Below are positions 7,797-17,452 of a stretch of 64,000 nt of DNA, piece after piece. Origin of the DNA: a virus; the IMG/VR virus record IMGVR_UViG_3300042452_000786, positions 1 through 64,000 of that record. One strand, written 5' to 3'. Each line of letters opens with the position of its first letter. Within the stretch, counting starts at the first letter, position 1. Under the pieces are notes generated by a model. It saw only the letters and a list, made by a program, of their open reading frames with translations. It had not been told where the DNA came from and searched no databases. The translations under genes were made by a program, and so were the position numbers.

Positions 7797-9650
7797 ATGA
7801 GTCCACTGCGAGTCGTGCTAGACGTAGAGACCAACGGTCTGCTGCACGAGCTTGATCGTGTGCATAGCCTTGTCCTGCGTAACATCGATACAGAAGAGGT
7901 TTACAGCTGCACTGATCAACCTGGTTACCTTCCTGTCGCCAGGGGGTTGGCGCTGCTGTCAGAGGCCACGCAGATCGTTGGCCACAACATCATCTCCTTT
8001 GACTTCAGGGCAATACAAAAGGTATATCCCTCATTTCAGATGAGGCAAGACTGCGACATTTACGACACCTTGGTTGTCAGTCGTGTGCTGTGGCCTGAGC
8101 TGGAACCTGTTGATCGGCAAAAGTTTGCTCACATTGCATCTAAATACATTGGTCGTCATTCCCTGGCTGCCTGGGGTGAACGACTCGGTGTAGCCAAAAT
8201 CAAGTTCCAAGAAGAAAGTAAGAAGGATCCAGATGTCGATAATGTCTGGGATGTATGGAGTGATTCCATGCAAACTTACTGCGAAGGTGACACTCTGGTC
8301 TCCTTAAAGCTGTACGAATACTTCCAGACGCAGCCACTGGATCCTCGTTGCCAAGAACTGGAACATGAATTTGCTAAGGTCATGGCCAGGCAAGAGCAAT
8401 TTGGTTTCCCGTTTGACGAAAAGAAAGCGTTTGCTCTCGTCAACATGCTTAAGGTAAAGCGTGATGAGATCAATGACAAACTTCAAGAGGTGTTCCCTCC
8501 GGTCAGGACTGAGCGGTGGTCAAGTAAGACTGGAAAACGCCTGAAGGATCACGTTGAAGTATTCAATCCAGCATCCAGACATCAGACATCAACACGGCTT
8601 ACTCGTAAATATCCCGAGATCATGTTTGGTGTTACGGAGAAGGGCTCTCCGAAAGTTGATGACGACGTACTAGAAACACTAGGTGAAAAGTATCCAGAAG
8701 CAAAACTGCTTGCAGAATACCAGCTGCTTAACAAACGCCTGGGTCAAATTGCAGAAGGAAAAGAAGCGTGGTTAAAACACAGTCAAAAGTATAAAGATGG
8801 AAGGATACATGGTAGTGTAAAAACTAATGCTTGTGTCAGCGGTAGGTGCAGTCACGTATCTCCGAACATGGCTCAAGTTCCCAGTGTTGGTCATCCTTAT
8901 GGAGCTGATTGTCGTGCTCTCTTCTATGCTCCTGATTCTTGGCGTCTGGTGGGTGCTGATGCTTCTGGACTCGAACTCAGAGCCCTAGGCGCTTGGCTTG
9001 CTCACTTCGATGGCGGTGAATATGCCAAGCTTGTTAGTACTGAAGGTTTTGATATTCACACCTACAATGCTAAACTTTTTGGCATCTATGATGGCAACGA
9101 AGATATAACTAAAGCAACAAGAGATCTTTCAAAGAGGCTTATTTATTGCATCCTATATGGCGGCGGTTCAAAGAAAACAGGATCAATTGTTTCTCCAGGT
9201 TTAAGTGAGACAAAGCAATATGAAGTCGGTAAAGCAACTATTGATACGTTTTATAGAAACCTTCCGGCTATTAAAAGACTTAAAGATAAAATCGAAGAGC
9301 GCATTGATGCTCGCGGTTACCTTGTTGGCATTGACGGCAGACGGCTACAGATTCGCTCTAAGCACTCGGCTCTTAACCAGCTCCTGCAGTCGACGGGTGC
9401 AATCTCAGTAAAAAAAGCTACAGTTATTTTGTATGATGCTTTAAATAATGAAGGTCTTAAGTGGGGAGAAGATTATGCTTTTGTAGCGCACATTCATGAT
9501 GAAGTACAGGCAATGGTTCGTCCTAAGTATACAGAATTGTATAAGAAATTGGCTATTGATTCTTTCCGTAAATCAGGTGAGTACTTTCAGTTGCTTTGTC
9601 CTTTCACTGGTGAAGCTAGGGAAGGACAGAACTGGATGGAGACTCATTGA
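7797..9650 (+). CDS. polA: family A DNA polymerase (T7 gp5-like) with 3'-5' exonuclease
   Basis: ExoI DVETNG, ExoII GHNIISFD, motif A DASGLELR, motif B KRLIYCILYG (Tyr at the 762-equivalent position), motif C HIHDE. Confidence 0.97.
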   Translation: MSPLRVVLDVETNGLLHELDRVHSLVLRNIDTEEVYSCTDQPGYLPVARGLALLSEATQIVGHNIISFDFRAIQKVYPSFQMRQDCDIYDTLVVSRVLWPELEPVDRQKFAHIASKYIGRHSLAAWGERLGVAKIKFQEESKKDPDVDNVWDVWSDSMQTYCEGDTLVSLKLYEYFQTQPLDPRCQELEHEFAKVMARQEQFGFPFDEKKAFALVNMLKVKRDEINDKLQEVFPPVRTERWSSKTGKRLKDHVEVFNPASRHQTSTRLTRKYPEIMFGVTEKGSPKVDDDVLETLGEKYPEAKLLAEYQLLNKRLGQIAEGKEAWLKHSQKYKDGRIHGSVKTNACVSGRCSHVSPNMAQVPSVGHPYGADCRALFYAPDSWRLVGADASGLELRALGAWLAHFDGGEYAKLVSTEGFDIHTYNAKLFGIYDGNEDITKATRDLSKRLIYCILYGGGSKKTGSIVSPGLSETKQYEVGKATIDTFYRNLPAIKRLKDKIEERIDARGYLVGIDGRRLQIRSKHSALNQLLQSTGAISVKKATVILYDALNNEGLKWGEDYAFVAHIHDEVQAMVRPKYTELYKKLAIDSFRKSGEYFQLLCPFTGEAREGQNWMETH

Positions 9651-10440
9651 CTAAAGACTCAGGTTGCTCTTTTTGTTTTTTTCTGTTCTTAAGCTTGTTT
9701 TTGACTGCTCTAATTACTCTACCTTGCGCAACAGACATTAAACCTTGGGCTGCAGGTGCCAATAAATAACTCAATGGTTGCATTAACGATGTAGATGCAG
9801 GAGATTCAATTCCTGCTGTTTTTAAATACTGTCCGCCAATCCTTGTAGCATTTATTTCAGAAACAATTTTTGGTAAGTGTAAAGCATAAGAAGCAAGCAT
9901 ACCTTTGGCAAATGCTCCTCTATTTGTTTCTGCTTTAGCACTTAAAGCAGCGGCTGCATAAGGAGCGGCGCCAGACAGAACACCGCTTGCTAATTGAGAA
10001 GGTCCTGCAAACTTTTGATAATCTTGTGCTCTATGTCCAAGCTCGTGAGCAAGAATAAAATCCGTTGTTTGCGGACCAGTTACAAGCATTCCTTGATTAT
10101 TTGGGATACCTGTTGCAATGTATTTAGAAGCTAAATGGGGTATATATGCACCAGCTTCAAAGTTTTTTGGCAAACCTGGAATGTCTTTTGGAGAAACAAC
10201 AAAAGGATCTGATAAACTTGTTGCTGCTTTGTGCACATCTACGATTTTTTGTCTTAATGCATCTCCTTCTGGTGTATTAATGTTTGTATGTAAACGGCTG
10301 TTGTGTGTCATAAAGGCGTTGTTTACGCCCATTATTCCCAATCCCGTTCCCATTCCAGCTATCTGAGTAACTAAAGCAAATCGCTTGTAGCCACCTTTCT
10401 TTTTCTCTTCTTCTTGTGTTCCTGTAGTTGTTAATTCCAT
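9616..10440 (-). CDS. putative membrane-associated neutral zinc metallopeptidase
   Basis: ILAHELGHRAQ plus downstream SEINAT, with hydrophobic segments between. Confidence 0.6.
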   Translation of the reverse strand: MELTTTGTQEEEKKKGGYKRFALVTQIAGMGTGLGIMGVNNAFMTHNSRLHTNINTPEGDALRQKIVDVHKAATSLSDPFVVSPKDIPGLPKNFEAGAYIPHLASKYIATGIPNNQGMLVTGPQTTDFILAHELGHRAQDYQKFAGPSQLASGVLSGAAPYAAAALSAKAETNRGAFAKGMLASYALHLPKIVSEINATRIGGQYLKTAGIESPASTSLMQPLSYLLAPAAQGLMSVAQGRVIRAVKNKLKNRKKQKEQPESLVNESPSSSVLP

Positions 10441-10523
10441 ATCGTTAACTTAATTGTTGCAATTAAGGTTCCTACCAGGCAGCTGATGATGTAAACAATC
10501 ACTGGGCGGTTGTTCATTTTTTG

Positions 10524-10676
10524 TTAAGCAGGAGGGAATCCTTCGTCAAGATTCGGAATAGCAGTTGTGGTCGGTTTTACACTTCCCATTGTCTGGTATT
10601 TTTTGTTTCCAGCTCCAAGACGTTCTTCAATAAAGTTCCTCAAGAATTCCTCTGTTACTGCATTGTCTCTGTTCAT
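10524..10676 (-). CDS. small protein MNRDNAVTEEFLRNFIEERL... (50 aa, not in ORF track)
   Basis: Translated by hand; ATG overlaps stop of the upstream basic peptide. Confidence 0.55.
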   Translation of the reverse strand: MNRDNAVTEEFLRNFIEERLGAGNKKYQTMGSVKPTTTAIPNLDEGFPPA

Positions 10677-10774
10677 TTCTTTTTACCTCCGTTTTTTGCT
10701 TTCTTGGCAGCAGCATTGCCAGCATTCTGCTTGGCATTTGCTGACTGTGTTTTCTTGTTTGTAGCTTTTGCCAT
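10673..10774 (-). CDS. small Lys/Ala-rich basic peptide MAKATNKKTQSANAKQNAGNAAAKKAKNGGKKK
   Basis: Translated by hand; TAGTAT -10-like box 4 nt upstream of ATG. Confidence 0.55.
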   Translation of the reverse strand: MAKATNKKTQSANAKQNAGNAAAKKAKNGGKKK

Positions 10775-10841
10775 TTTAATACTATTTTCCTCTTGCCATC
10801 CTACCAAAAGCAACTACACTGGTTGCGCTCCACCCAAAACC

Positions 10842-11012
10842 ATGGAACCTCAGCGTATCAACGACATCAAAAAATCCCTTCACGACATGACCATGGAGGA
10901 GCTTCAGGAAATGTCGGATGATCTCGGTAATCTCATTGCAGTCTTGGTTACGCGCCAGGTCGCAATTGAAGACACAATCCTCGATCGCCTTGAGGCTGCA
11001 TTCAGTAAATGA
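10842..11012 (+). CDS. hypothetical coiled-coil protein (MEPQRIND...)
   Basis: Internal ATG of track ORF 10521; ATGA-coupled to the dCMP deaminase gene. Confidence 0.55.
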   Translation: MEPQRINDIKKSLHDMTMEELQEMSDDLGNLIAVLVTRQVAIEDTILDRLEAAFSK

Positions 11013-11479
11013 CTCCTCAAGAAGAAAAGTGGCACATCCGTTTCTTGCGGTTAGCTGCTGAAGTTTCTACCTGGAGCATCGATCCATCAACGAAAGTCGG
11101 TTGTGTCCTGGTAAAAAACAAAAGAGTTATTTCAACAGGATACAACGGCTTTCCTAAAAACATCAGCGATAGCTTTGATCGTTTGATGGACCGTGAACAA
11201 AAGTACGAAATTACTGTTCATGCAGAAGTTAATGCTGTCACAACAGCTGCACTCCACGGTGTCAGTACTGAAAACTGTACTGCTTACGTCACTTTCTCTC
11301 CATGCAGTCGCTGTGCTTCTGTACTTGTTAACGCTGGTGTTACTGCCGTCTACGTTGCGGGAGGCAGTGTTATTCCTGACCGTTGGTTAGATAACTTCAT
11401 ACTAGCCAGCAAGATCCTGGCAGAGGCCAGGGTAAAGTACAAAGTCGTCGACGCTTCTCAACCTCTTCAATTGCCATGA
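11009..11479 (+). CDS. dCMP deaminase (ComEB family)
   Basis: STKVGCV, TGYNG, HAE and SPCSRC zinc motifs. Confidence 0.93.
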   Translation: MTPQEEKWHIRFLRLAAEVSTWSIDPSTKVGCVLVKNKRVISTGYNGFPKNISDSFDRLMDREQKYEITVHAEVNAVTTAALHGVSTENCTAYVTFSPCSRCASVLVNAGVTAVYVAGGSVIPDRWLDNFILASKILAEARVKYKVVDASQPLQLP

Positions 11480-12183
11480 ACCTCATCTTTGCTTCTGCTT
11501 TTTACGTCGGAGAAACTTTTACAGACAGTGGTCTGCGTTTTATGCAACTCACTATCCCTTCAACTGGGAAGAATGCGGCTCCGGTACCTCTGTATGTTGT
11601 CCCCAACAAAGCTGCAGGTGAAACATTCGATGCATTCGCTCCAGGGTGTAACCTCCTGGTAAGTGGTCGCCTCTACCCAAACCGTAACGACTACAAGATG
11701 TATGTCGTACCAAACCAACCCCTTCAGGTTGTCGCTAAAGAAGTAAACGTCAACCAGGTAAATCTTGCAGGCGGTGTTGGTTACATCGCAGAACAAAAGA
11801 TGGAAGATCTCTACAGTTTCTCGCTGATGTGTAAAGCTCCCTCCCAGGCAATCCTCAACCACTCCTGGCAGGACAGCATGGGTTTCCGCGTGGAAAGCTG
11901 GGGTGACGACGCTAAGCGGCTGAACAACTTGCTCTACGTCGGTCGCCAGATGGCTTTGGCTGGTTCGCTTCGTTACAACACCTGGCAAGCTCAGGACGGT
12001 TCTCATCGCGCCACATACCAAGTCAGGGTTCGGGCGTCACAGTACTCCCTCTTTGGTAAAAATCAAGCCAAGGACACGCAGCAAGCAGCCCCTGCACTGC
12101 CTGTTCAGCAAGGGGGAGAGGTCAGAACCGTTGTGGCAGCAGCGCCCTCATCCTTTGAAGAGACCGTTGACCCGCCGTTCTGA
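11476..12183 (+). CDS. ssb: single-stranded DNA-binding protein (tandem OB-fold)
   Basis: VNQVNLAGGVG...FRVESWG...GRQMALAGSLRYNTW; acidic tail ending DPPF. Confidence 0.75.
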   Translation: MNLIFASAFYVGETFTDSGLRFMQLTIPSTGKNAAPVPLYVVPNKAAGETFDAFAPGCNLLVSGRLYPNRNDYKMYVVPNQPLQVVAKEVNVNQVNLAGGVGYIAEQKMEDLYSFSLMCKAPSQAILNHSWQDSMGFRVESWGDDAKRLNNLLYVGRQMALAGSLRYNTWQAQDGSHRATYQVRVRASQYSLFGKNQAKDTQQAAPALPVQQGGEVRTVVAAAPSSFEETVDPPF

Positions 12184-12374
12184 TCCATAAGATAAAGTAA
12201 TGAATGATGGGTGGGACAGGGTGTCCTACTCGACTACGCTTGCACAGGTGGAACCGGCTGCAGTTGCTTCGGCTGCAGCTTTTCATCCTTGGGCCGACGC
12301 CGGTGGTGGCTTTAAACCATCCGCTGTTCAGGTTTAACTCCTGTTCCAAGGACAACTGCCCACTTACAAAAGAC

Positions 12375-13298
12375 ATGTCTGTTCTCGACCGTTACCTAAA
12401 CACTGAAAAGTATCAAGGTGAAATGCGTGATCTGGTTAATGCCCAGATCCTCAATGACAAAACTCAGTGTGGTCTCTTCTTGAAAGATACTGCACTTGCA
12501 CGTATCGGCTGGTCTGGAAACGCTAAGCAGTTTCCTAAAGCTGAAGAGTACGTCCACACGTACAACAATGGCGACAAGAACGAAGGCATCTTCTTTAAGA
12601 CGCCGCGCATGGTGGTTCTCCACTGTGGTTTCCGTAAAGATGTAACCTTCATCGAAAACTCTGATAAAGGTGGCATCGAAGGTCTCTACCCCAGGGATTC
12701 ATTTCTGTATGACGATTGGGAAGCTGCTAACCCCAACAAGCCAAGCCCCTACAAGCGTCGTCGCCTTGTACTGATCTTCCTGGTGGACGCAAACGGTGTA
12801 GCTGTGCACAAAAAACCGTTGATCCTTTCGATTCACGGCGGTGCATCGAACCTGTTCTGCGACGCTTACTCCACGTTCATCGAGCAGCTTGAATCTGCTT
12901 TTGCTGATCGTATGGGTCTTAAGTCTGCTGCAGGTTTTGACCCCAAGCAAACTGCCGCTGCTATCTTCACTCCGACATTTGGCTCGCAGCTCTACGGCGG
13001 TGACAAAGCCAAGTCTTGGATTGCTTATCCCGAAAAGTGGGTGACGCCTACTGCTGAAACCGTGGAAGATTTCTTCCCCAAAGCAGAAGATGACATCGAT
13101 TTCATCGAGAGCGTCTGGGAAACCTGCCCTCCTGAAGTGTACGCCTCCAGCTTCTTCAAGCAGTGTGAAAAGGAGATTGGCTATCACGCCATCAAGCCGG
13201 GTCTTGACTTCACCCTTCCGCCCGTTGAGTCCTCAAAAAACTCCCGTGTTCTGCTCGGGGCCAGGGATGAAGACACGGGTGAAATCACCCTCGACTGA
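12375..13298 (+). CDS. conserved replication-region protein (possibly DUF5895-like or ssDNA-annealing)
   Basis: Strong codon bias, next to SSB, followed by a terminator; family call tentative. Confidence 0.5.
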   Translation: MSVLDRYLNTEKYQGEMRDLVNAQILNDKTQCGLFLKDTALARIGWSGNAKQFPKAEEYVHTYNNGDKNEGIFFKTPRMVVLHCGFRKDVTFIENSDKGGIEGLYPRDSFLYDDWEAANPNKPSPYKRRRLVLIFLVDANGVAVHKKPLILSIHGGASNLFCDAYSTFIEQLESAFADRMGLKSAAGFDPKQTAAAIFTPTFGSQLYGGDKAKSWIAYPEKWVTPTAETVEDFFPKAEDDIDFIESVWETCPPEVYASSFFKQCEKEIGYHAIKPGLDFTLPPVESSKNSRVLLGARDEDTGEITLD

Positions 13299-13317
13299 TC
13301 GTTGACTGTTGTTTATG

Positions 13318-13343
13318 GCCGGGCCGTTTGGTCCGGCTTTTTT
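13318..13343 (+). terminator. intrinsic terminator
   Basis: GCCGGGCC-GTTT-GGTCCGGC followed by T6. Confidence 0.8.
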
Positions 13344-13344
13344 C

Positions 13345-13569
13345 GTGGCTAGCAAATTATCTGAGATCAAGAAGCACCTAAAAAAGTATGGGTGGCTCCT
13401 AGTAAAAAACGGAACAAATCATTTCATCTATGGCAAAGATGAAAAGATGATCCTTATACCAAAAGGCAGGAAGATATACTCCAGGAGTTATAAGCAACTC
13501 CTGTGGAAGATTGAAGGTAGGACTGATGTCAGTAAAGAGCGTCAGCTCAGTTTTGATATCGAGTCTTAA
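13345..13569 (+). CDS. hicA: HicA-like mRNA interferase
   Basis: EIKKHLKKYGW....GTNHFIY......IP resembles the HicA GSH motif and fold. Confidence 0.65.
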   Translation: MASKLSEIKKHLKKYGWLLVKNGTNHFIYGKDEKMILIPKGRKIYSRSYKQLLWKIEGRTDVSKERQLSFDIES

Positions 13570-13792
13570 TTACATCAGCTTCTAGGTTTGCAAGCCTTTT
13601 AACCAGGCCACGAATCACTCCTTGACGGAGAACTGCTAAATGCAAAAGCTTCAACGCACCTAGCTTGATTTGTTCTATGTCAGTTACAGCTTCAATTTCT
13701 TTTGTGAGTTTTGCAATCAAAAACTCATCTTCAAGTGTTGACTCAAAGTTCATCGCGTCAAACGGAACTTCAGTCAGCTCAAACTCAGACAT
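13547..13792 (-). CDS. NblA-like protein (divergent)
   Basis: TLEDEF...two amphipathic helices, like the NblA LSLEQQF pattern. Confidence 0.45.
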   Translation of the reverse strand: MSEFELTEVPFDAMNFESTLEDEFLIAKLTKEIEAVTDIEQIKLGALKLLHLAVLRQGVIRGLVKRLANLEADVIKTRYQN

Positions 13793-13860
13793 TGTCTTTG
13801 AGCATAATGCCCAGTCTACATAGTTCACGCCTTGCTTGTGTTACCACGTATACAAAAAAC

Positions 13861-14553
13861 ATGAACAGCGCACTCACTCTTGAATCCAGCAACGGTAAAA
13901 CCGGTCCCATTGCAGTCAGCACAACCTCAAGAACTAGCTGTGCTCCAGGGTGCCCGCTGTCTGGTGTAAACGGCTGCTACGCAGAGGCTGGTTACTACAC
14001 CAGGATGCACTGGGATGCTGTAACAGCGGGTACACGTGGTCAAGGTCCAGTAGATTTCATCAACCGCGTTGCTACCCTGCCAGTCGGTTCATTGTTTCGT
14101 CACAACGTTGCTGGCGATCTGTGGCCTGGTGTCAGACCAAACCTGATCGATGGCGTCAGGCTCACCATGCTGGCTGAGGCTTCTCGTCACCTGACAGCTT
14201 GGACCTATACGCACCACGAAAGAAACCTGGAAAACCTGGCTGCAATCAGAGCTGCACTCCGCAGAGGGTTCACCGTCAACCTTTCGACCGAGTCCAAGAG
14301 GGATGCAGCCACCTTCTACAAGCGTGGTTATCCGGTTACCTGCGTCGTACCTGCGGATTCCCCCAGGTCGTTTAGGTACAAAGAGACTCTGTTCAGGCAG
14401 TGCCCAGCAACGGTAGAAGGCTCGACGGTAACGTGTGCAACTTGCGGTGGCGCTAAGGGTAAACCCCTGTGCTCCCTGGCAAACCGTAATTTTGTCATTA
14501 CTTTTCCCGTCCACGGTTCCCGCTCGAAAGCTGCAGCGTTGCAGTGCAGTTGA
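13861..14553 (+). CDS. Cys-rich Gp88-like (radical-SAM-like) phage protein
   Basis: SNGKTG...SCxxxCxxxxxxxCYA, FRHNVAGD, WTYTH, C-terminal CPA..TCATC..C. Confidence 0.55.
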   Translation: MNSALTLESSNGKTGPIAVSTTSRTSCAPGCPLSGVNGCYAEAGYYTRMHWDAVTAGTRGQGPVDFINRVATLPVGSLFRHNVAGDLWPGVRPNLIDGVRLTMLAEASRHLTAWTYTHHERNLENLAAIRAALRRGFTVNLSTESKRDAATFYKRGYPVTCVVPADSPRSFRYKETLFRQCPATVEGSTVTCATCGGAKGKPLCSLANRNFVITFPVHGSRSKAAALQCS

Positions 14554-14603
14554 CTCTCCGTTTGCAGTGCAGTTGACTCTCCGTTTGCAGTGCAGTTGAC
14601 TCT
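14539..14603 (+). repeat. tandem repeat, 23-bp unit TTGCAGTGCAGTTGACTCTCCGT, about 2.8 copies
   Basis: Copies start at 14539, 14562 and 14585. Confidence 0.95.
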
Positions 14604-14650
14604 GCGGAGGAAAAACCTAGACTGTCACTGCAATCTCGCCTTGTCCTAGG

Positions 14651-14785
14651 ATGGCTAGCAAGTCCCTGAGCGGCTCACCACATAAAGATGGGGTGCCAAA
14701 ACGCACCTCGATCGGTCACGGTCGACGTAAGCGCGGCTCATTCAAGGTCCGCAGCCAGAAGAAATACCGGGGACAAGGTCATTGA
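14651..14785 (+). CDS. small basic peptide (44 aa, ...KKYRGQGH)
   Basis: Translated by hand: MASKSLSGSPHKDGVPKRTSIGHGRRKRGSFKVRSQKKYRGQGH. Confidence 0.7.
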   Translation: MASKSLSGSPHKDGVPKRTSIGHGRRKRGSFKVRSQKKYRGQGH

Positions 14786-14802
14786 TTCTGAAACCACAAC
14801 GT

Positions 14803-15000
14803 ATGTCTGACTCTTCTTCTTCTAGTTCTGGTGGAACTGGATTCATTGGTCTTTTGCAAGTTTTGTTTATCGGTTTAAAGCTGACCAATTACATTACTTG
14901 GCCATGGTGGCAAGTGCTTTTGCCAACCATCATTGGTTTATCTCTAGTTGGTATTCTTCTTTTGTTTGCGCTACTTATTATTTATTTACCACGCAAATAA
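14803..15000 (+). CDS. small two-TM membrane protein
   Basis: GFIGLLQVLFIGLKLT..ITWPWWQVLLP, a common phage membrane family. Confidence 0.7.
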   Translation: MSDSSSSSSGGTGFIGLLQVLFIGLKLTNYITWPWWQVLLPTIIGLSLVGILLLFALLIIYLPRK

Positions 15001-15054
15001 AGTCCAACGGTCCTGGGCATGACCTAAAAAGGCTCACACACAACACCACCCACC

Positions 15055-15888
15055 ATGTCTACAGTTGTATCTCAACTGACGACTGCACAACAGCTGATCT
15101 ACAGCCGTACTCGCATCGTCAACTCCACATCAAGGATTAGCCCTGAATTGTATGGCAGCCTTGAACCCAGAGACATCCTTTCAATCTCCCTGCAAGGAGA
15201 CAAAGTTCACTGCCTACTTGCAGATGGAGAGATTGCAGTTGATCGCTCAACTGTTATTGCCAACTTCTGGGAGTACAGGACACGTACACCCTCGTTCTTT
15301 GACTACAAGATTTGGCGCCAGGTAGAAAATCCGGAGGGGTTTTCAGGTGTTGCAGTTGGTGCAATTAATTATTCAATGATTCCAAACCGCATTGCCGTTG
15401 ATCGACACGGGGTCCGCAAGCTTTACTTTGTTAACGAAAACGAGAAGCTGTGCACCTGTGGTTCCTGGCAACAACTTAATGAACACAAGTTGGAACTGGA
15501 AAAAGAGTTTAAAGAGCACGGTCAACGTTGCTTTGAACCTACCTGTAAGCACTTAAGGTGGGCTGAAGCCAACACCAAGCTGCAGGCGCTGCGTTACCTG
15601 ACAAAAGATAACAAGGGAGAATACAACCCACGGCTTTGTGTTTACACTTTTGATCACCGCCGTGGCATGCTTCTCTATCGCATCACCTATGACGGAGTAA
15701 AAAGTAAAGGTCAATGGTTTCCAGTTGAAGGCTGGAAAGAAAAAGAAGTCTATGGAAAGAGCGGTATTCCTAGCGGAGAATGCTGGGATACTTTCTTTTC
15801 TGCTCTAAGTCAGACTGAACCATTCAAGCTTGTCAAGTTTTCGCACGGTGTTGCAAGCTTGATGAACAGCACACGTTCCAAAAACTGA
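15055..15888 (+). CDS. SWIM zinc-finger domain protein
   Basis: CTC...CKH motif. Confidence 0.65.
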   Translation: MSTVVSQLTTAQQLIYSRTRIVNSTSRISPELYGSLEPRDILSISLQGDKVHCLLADGEIAVDRSTVIANFWEYRTRTPSFFDYKIWRQVENPEGFSGVAVGAINYSMIPNRIAVDRHGVRKLYFVNENEKLCTCGSWQQLNEHKLELEKEFKEHGQRCFEPTCKHLRWAEANTKLQALRYLTKDNKGEYNPRLCVYTFDHRRGMLLYRITYDGVKSKGQWFPVEGWKEKEVYGKSGIPSGECWDTFFSALSQTEPFKLVKFSHGVASLMNSTRSKN

Positions 15889-15905
15889 TTACCCACGAAC
15901 ACATC

Positions 15906-16502
15906 ATGGCTGACAAACAGAGTTACATTCAATTGGCAGAATCCGTTCAGCACATTACTTTTCTCAAAGATTTTCCTGACGCCAGTGAAGATGAGAAGGC
16001 TGAGCTGGAGGCGCACCTCAAGGATCTTGCTTCCAGGCAAGAGTCCAAGTTTGATTCAATCATTGGATTGATCAAGAAGTGTGATGCTTATATAGATGCA
16101 TTGCAGAGTGAGCTTGATGAGATTAAAACAAATCTTGATGCTTGGAAGAAGAACAAGGAGAAGATTACGAACATTATTAAGTTTGCTTATCAACAGGATC
16201 TGATTGGTGGTACGCCAACAGGTGTTAAGTATCAAGCAACTATTAAGCGCGTTAAACCTAGGTTGGTTGATAACTTTGAGCACTGGAGCGATGCGGAAAA
16301 AACGGAGTACGGACTGCGTAAAACAACGACCGTTACACGGATCAAAGATGACGTTGTTGTTGACGTTAAGCAGGAGGATCTTCCTGATAAAACACGAGTC
16401 AGGGAATCGTTGACTGCGGATGACGGGGCTGCTCCAGTGTCGTCCCAGCTTGTTCCTGGGTTTGCGTTTGTGTACGAACGTCGTAAGAGGTTGACAAACT
16501 GA
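15906..16502 (+). CDS. Siphovirus Gp157-like coiled-coil protein
   Basis: [20 protein letters not shown] pattern. Confidence 0.6.
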   Translation: MADKQSYIQLAESVQHITFLKDFPDASEDEKAELEAHLKDLASRQESKFDSIIGLIKKCDAYIDALQSELDEIKTNLDAWKKNKEKITNIIKFAYQQDLIGGTPTGVKYQATIKRVKPRLVDNFEHWSDAEKTEYGLRKTTTVTRIKDDVVVDVKQEDLPDKTRVRESLTADDGAAPVSSQLVPGFAFVYERRKRLTN

Positions 16503-16513
16503 TAAGATAAAAA

Positions 16514-16696
16514 GCGGGTGCGCGTCAGGCACATAGCCTGAAAGGCGGCCCTTGCTAAGTCCTGGGTTTCCAGGCCAGGGGGATGGCCTCCCCTGCTCGA
16601 AGGGTGCAACAAGGAACGTTGCATTAAACGAAGGATCCCCTCAGCCACATCGTAGAAGCACTGTTAAGGTGATCGTGGGTGGACATCCTCGCCCTA
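16514..16696 (+). ncRNA. candidate multibranch structured ncRNA
   Basis: Extended -10 TGaTAAGAT at 16500-16508; closing stem plus at least 5 hairpins. Confidence 0.5.
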
Positions 16697-16715
16697 CATT
16701 TAATCTGTGTTAATC

Positions 16716-16880
16716 ATGCCTCAAAAGAAACCCGGCGACCCCGGCCTTTACGCAAACATTCGAGCTAAACAAGAGCGCATCAAGCAAGGCAGCGGTGAAA
16801 CCATGCGCAAGCCTGGCGAGAAAGGCGCTCCAACAGAAAAAGCATTTAAGGATTCCGCTAAGACTGCAAAGAAAAAGTAA
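16716..16880 (+). CDS. small basic phage protein (GLYANIRAK...GSGETMRKPGEKGAPT type), 54 aa
   Basis: Translated by hand; recognisable widespread phage peptide family. Confidence 0.75.
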   Translation: MPQKKPGDPGLYANIRAKQERIKQGSGETMRKPGEKGAPTEKAFKDSAKTAKKK

Positions 16881-16956
16881 GTAAAACGATTTCCTAACAC
16901 TGCTTGTCGTTGCAGGGCTTCTGTGGTTACGCTGTACGCGGACACCGGAGCCCTCA

Positions 16957-17283
16957 ATGACCGAGTTTTACGTTGAGAATTTTAAGTCTTATTCAGCGAT
17001 TTTCAAAAAACACGCATGTTACATTGCGGAACTCATGGAGATCCTAGAAAATGCAATTGTTTTTAGGGGTATCCCGCCAGTGGGCAGAACAGAAAAACTG
17101 TTCAGGATAACCCTAGACCTGCTCTATCACGTCGACCAATCTTATAAGAAAAAGTATGAGATTGATGAGCCTGAGTTCAAGCTGACAACTTACATGAGTG
17201 AAGAAGATGTCATTGGTGCACTGCGAACTGCAATCAAAGAAGAACTTATTGATCTCAACGGTAACAACAATGGAACCAAATGA
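16957..17283 (+). CDS. hypothetical protein
   Basis: GGAG Shine-Dalgarno, ATG. Confidence 0.55.
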   Translation: MTEFYVENFKSYSAIFKKHACYIAELMEILENAIVFRGIPPVGRTEKLFRITLDLLYHVDQSYKKKYEIDEPEFKLTTYMSEEDVIGALRTAIKEELIDLNGNNNGTK

Positions 17284-17452
17284 AAAAACGGAAACCAAGC
17301 GTTGGACACTTCCTGTTGATGAGGACGGTGTTCTTATCCTCCCAGATGAACTCTGGGCTGAGTTGGGGTGGAAAGAAGATGACTCCCTGGAATGGGTTGA
17401 TCAAGAAGATGGTTCATTTCTTCTCGTAAAAGTTGAAGAAAGTGACGAGTAA
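17270..17452 (+). CDS. AbrB/MazE/SpoVT-like DNA-binding protein
   Basis: VDEDGVLILPDEL..ELGWKEDDSLEW. Confidence 0.75.
   Translation: MEPNEKTETKRWTLPVDEDGVLILPDELWAELGWKEDDSLEWVDQEDGSFLLVKVEESDE

Noticed and set aside
10521-10841. Hydrophobic N-terminal part of the 163-aa track ORF
   Set aside because: Antisense to two small minus-strand genes; the Phe-rich text mirrors their Lys codons
14539-14603. Possible mini-CRISPR array
   Set aside because: Repeats are directly adjacent, with no spacers and no cas genes
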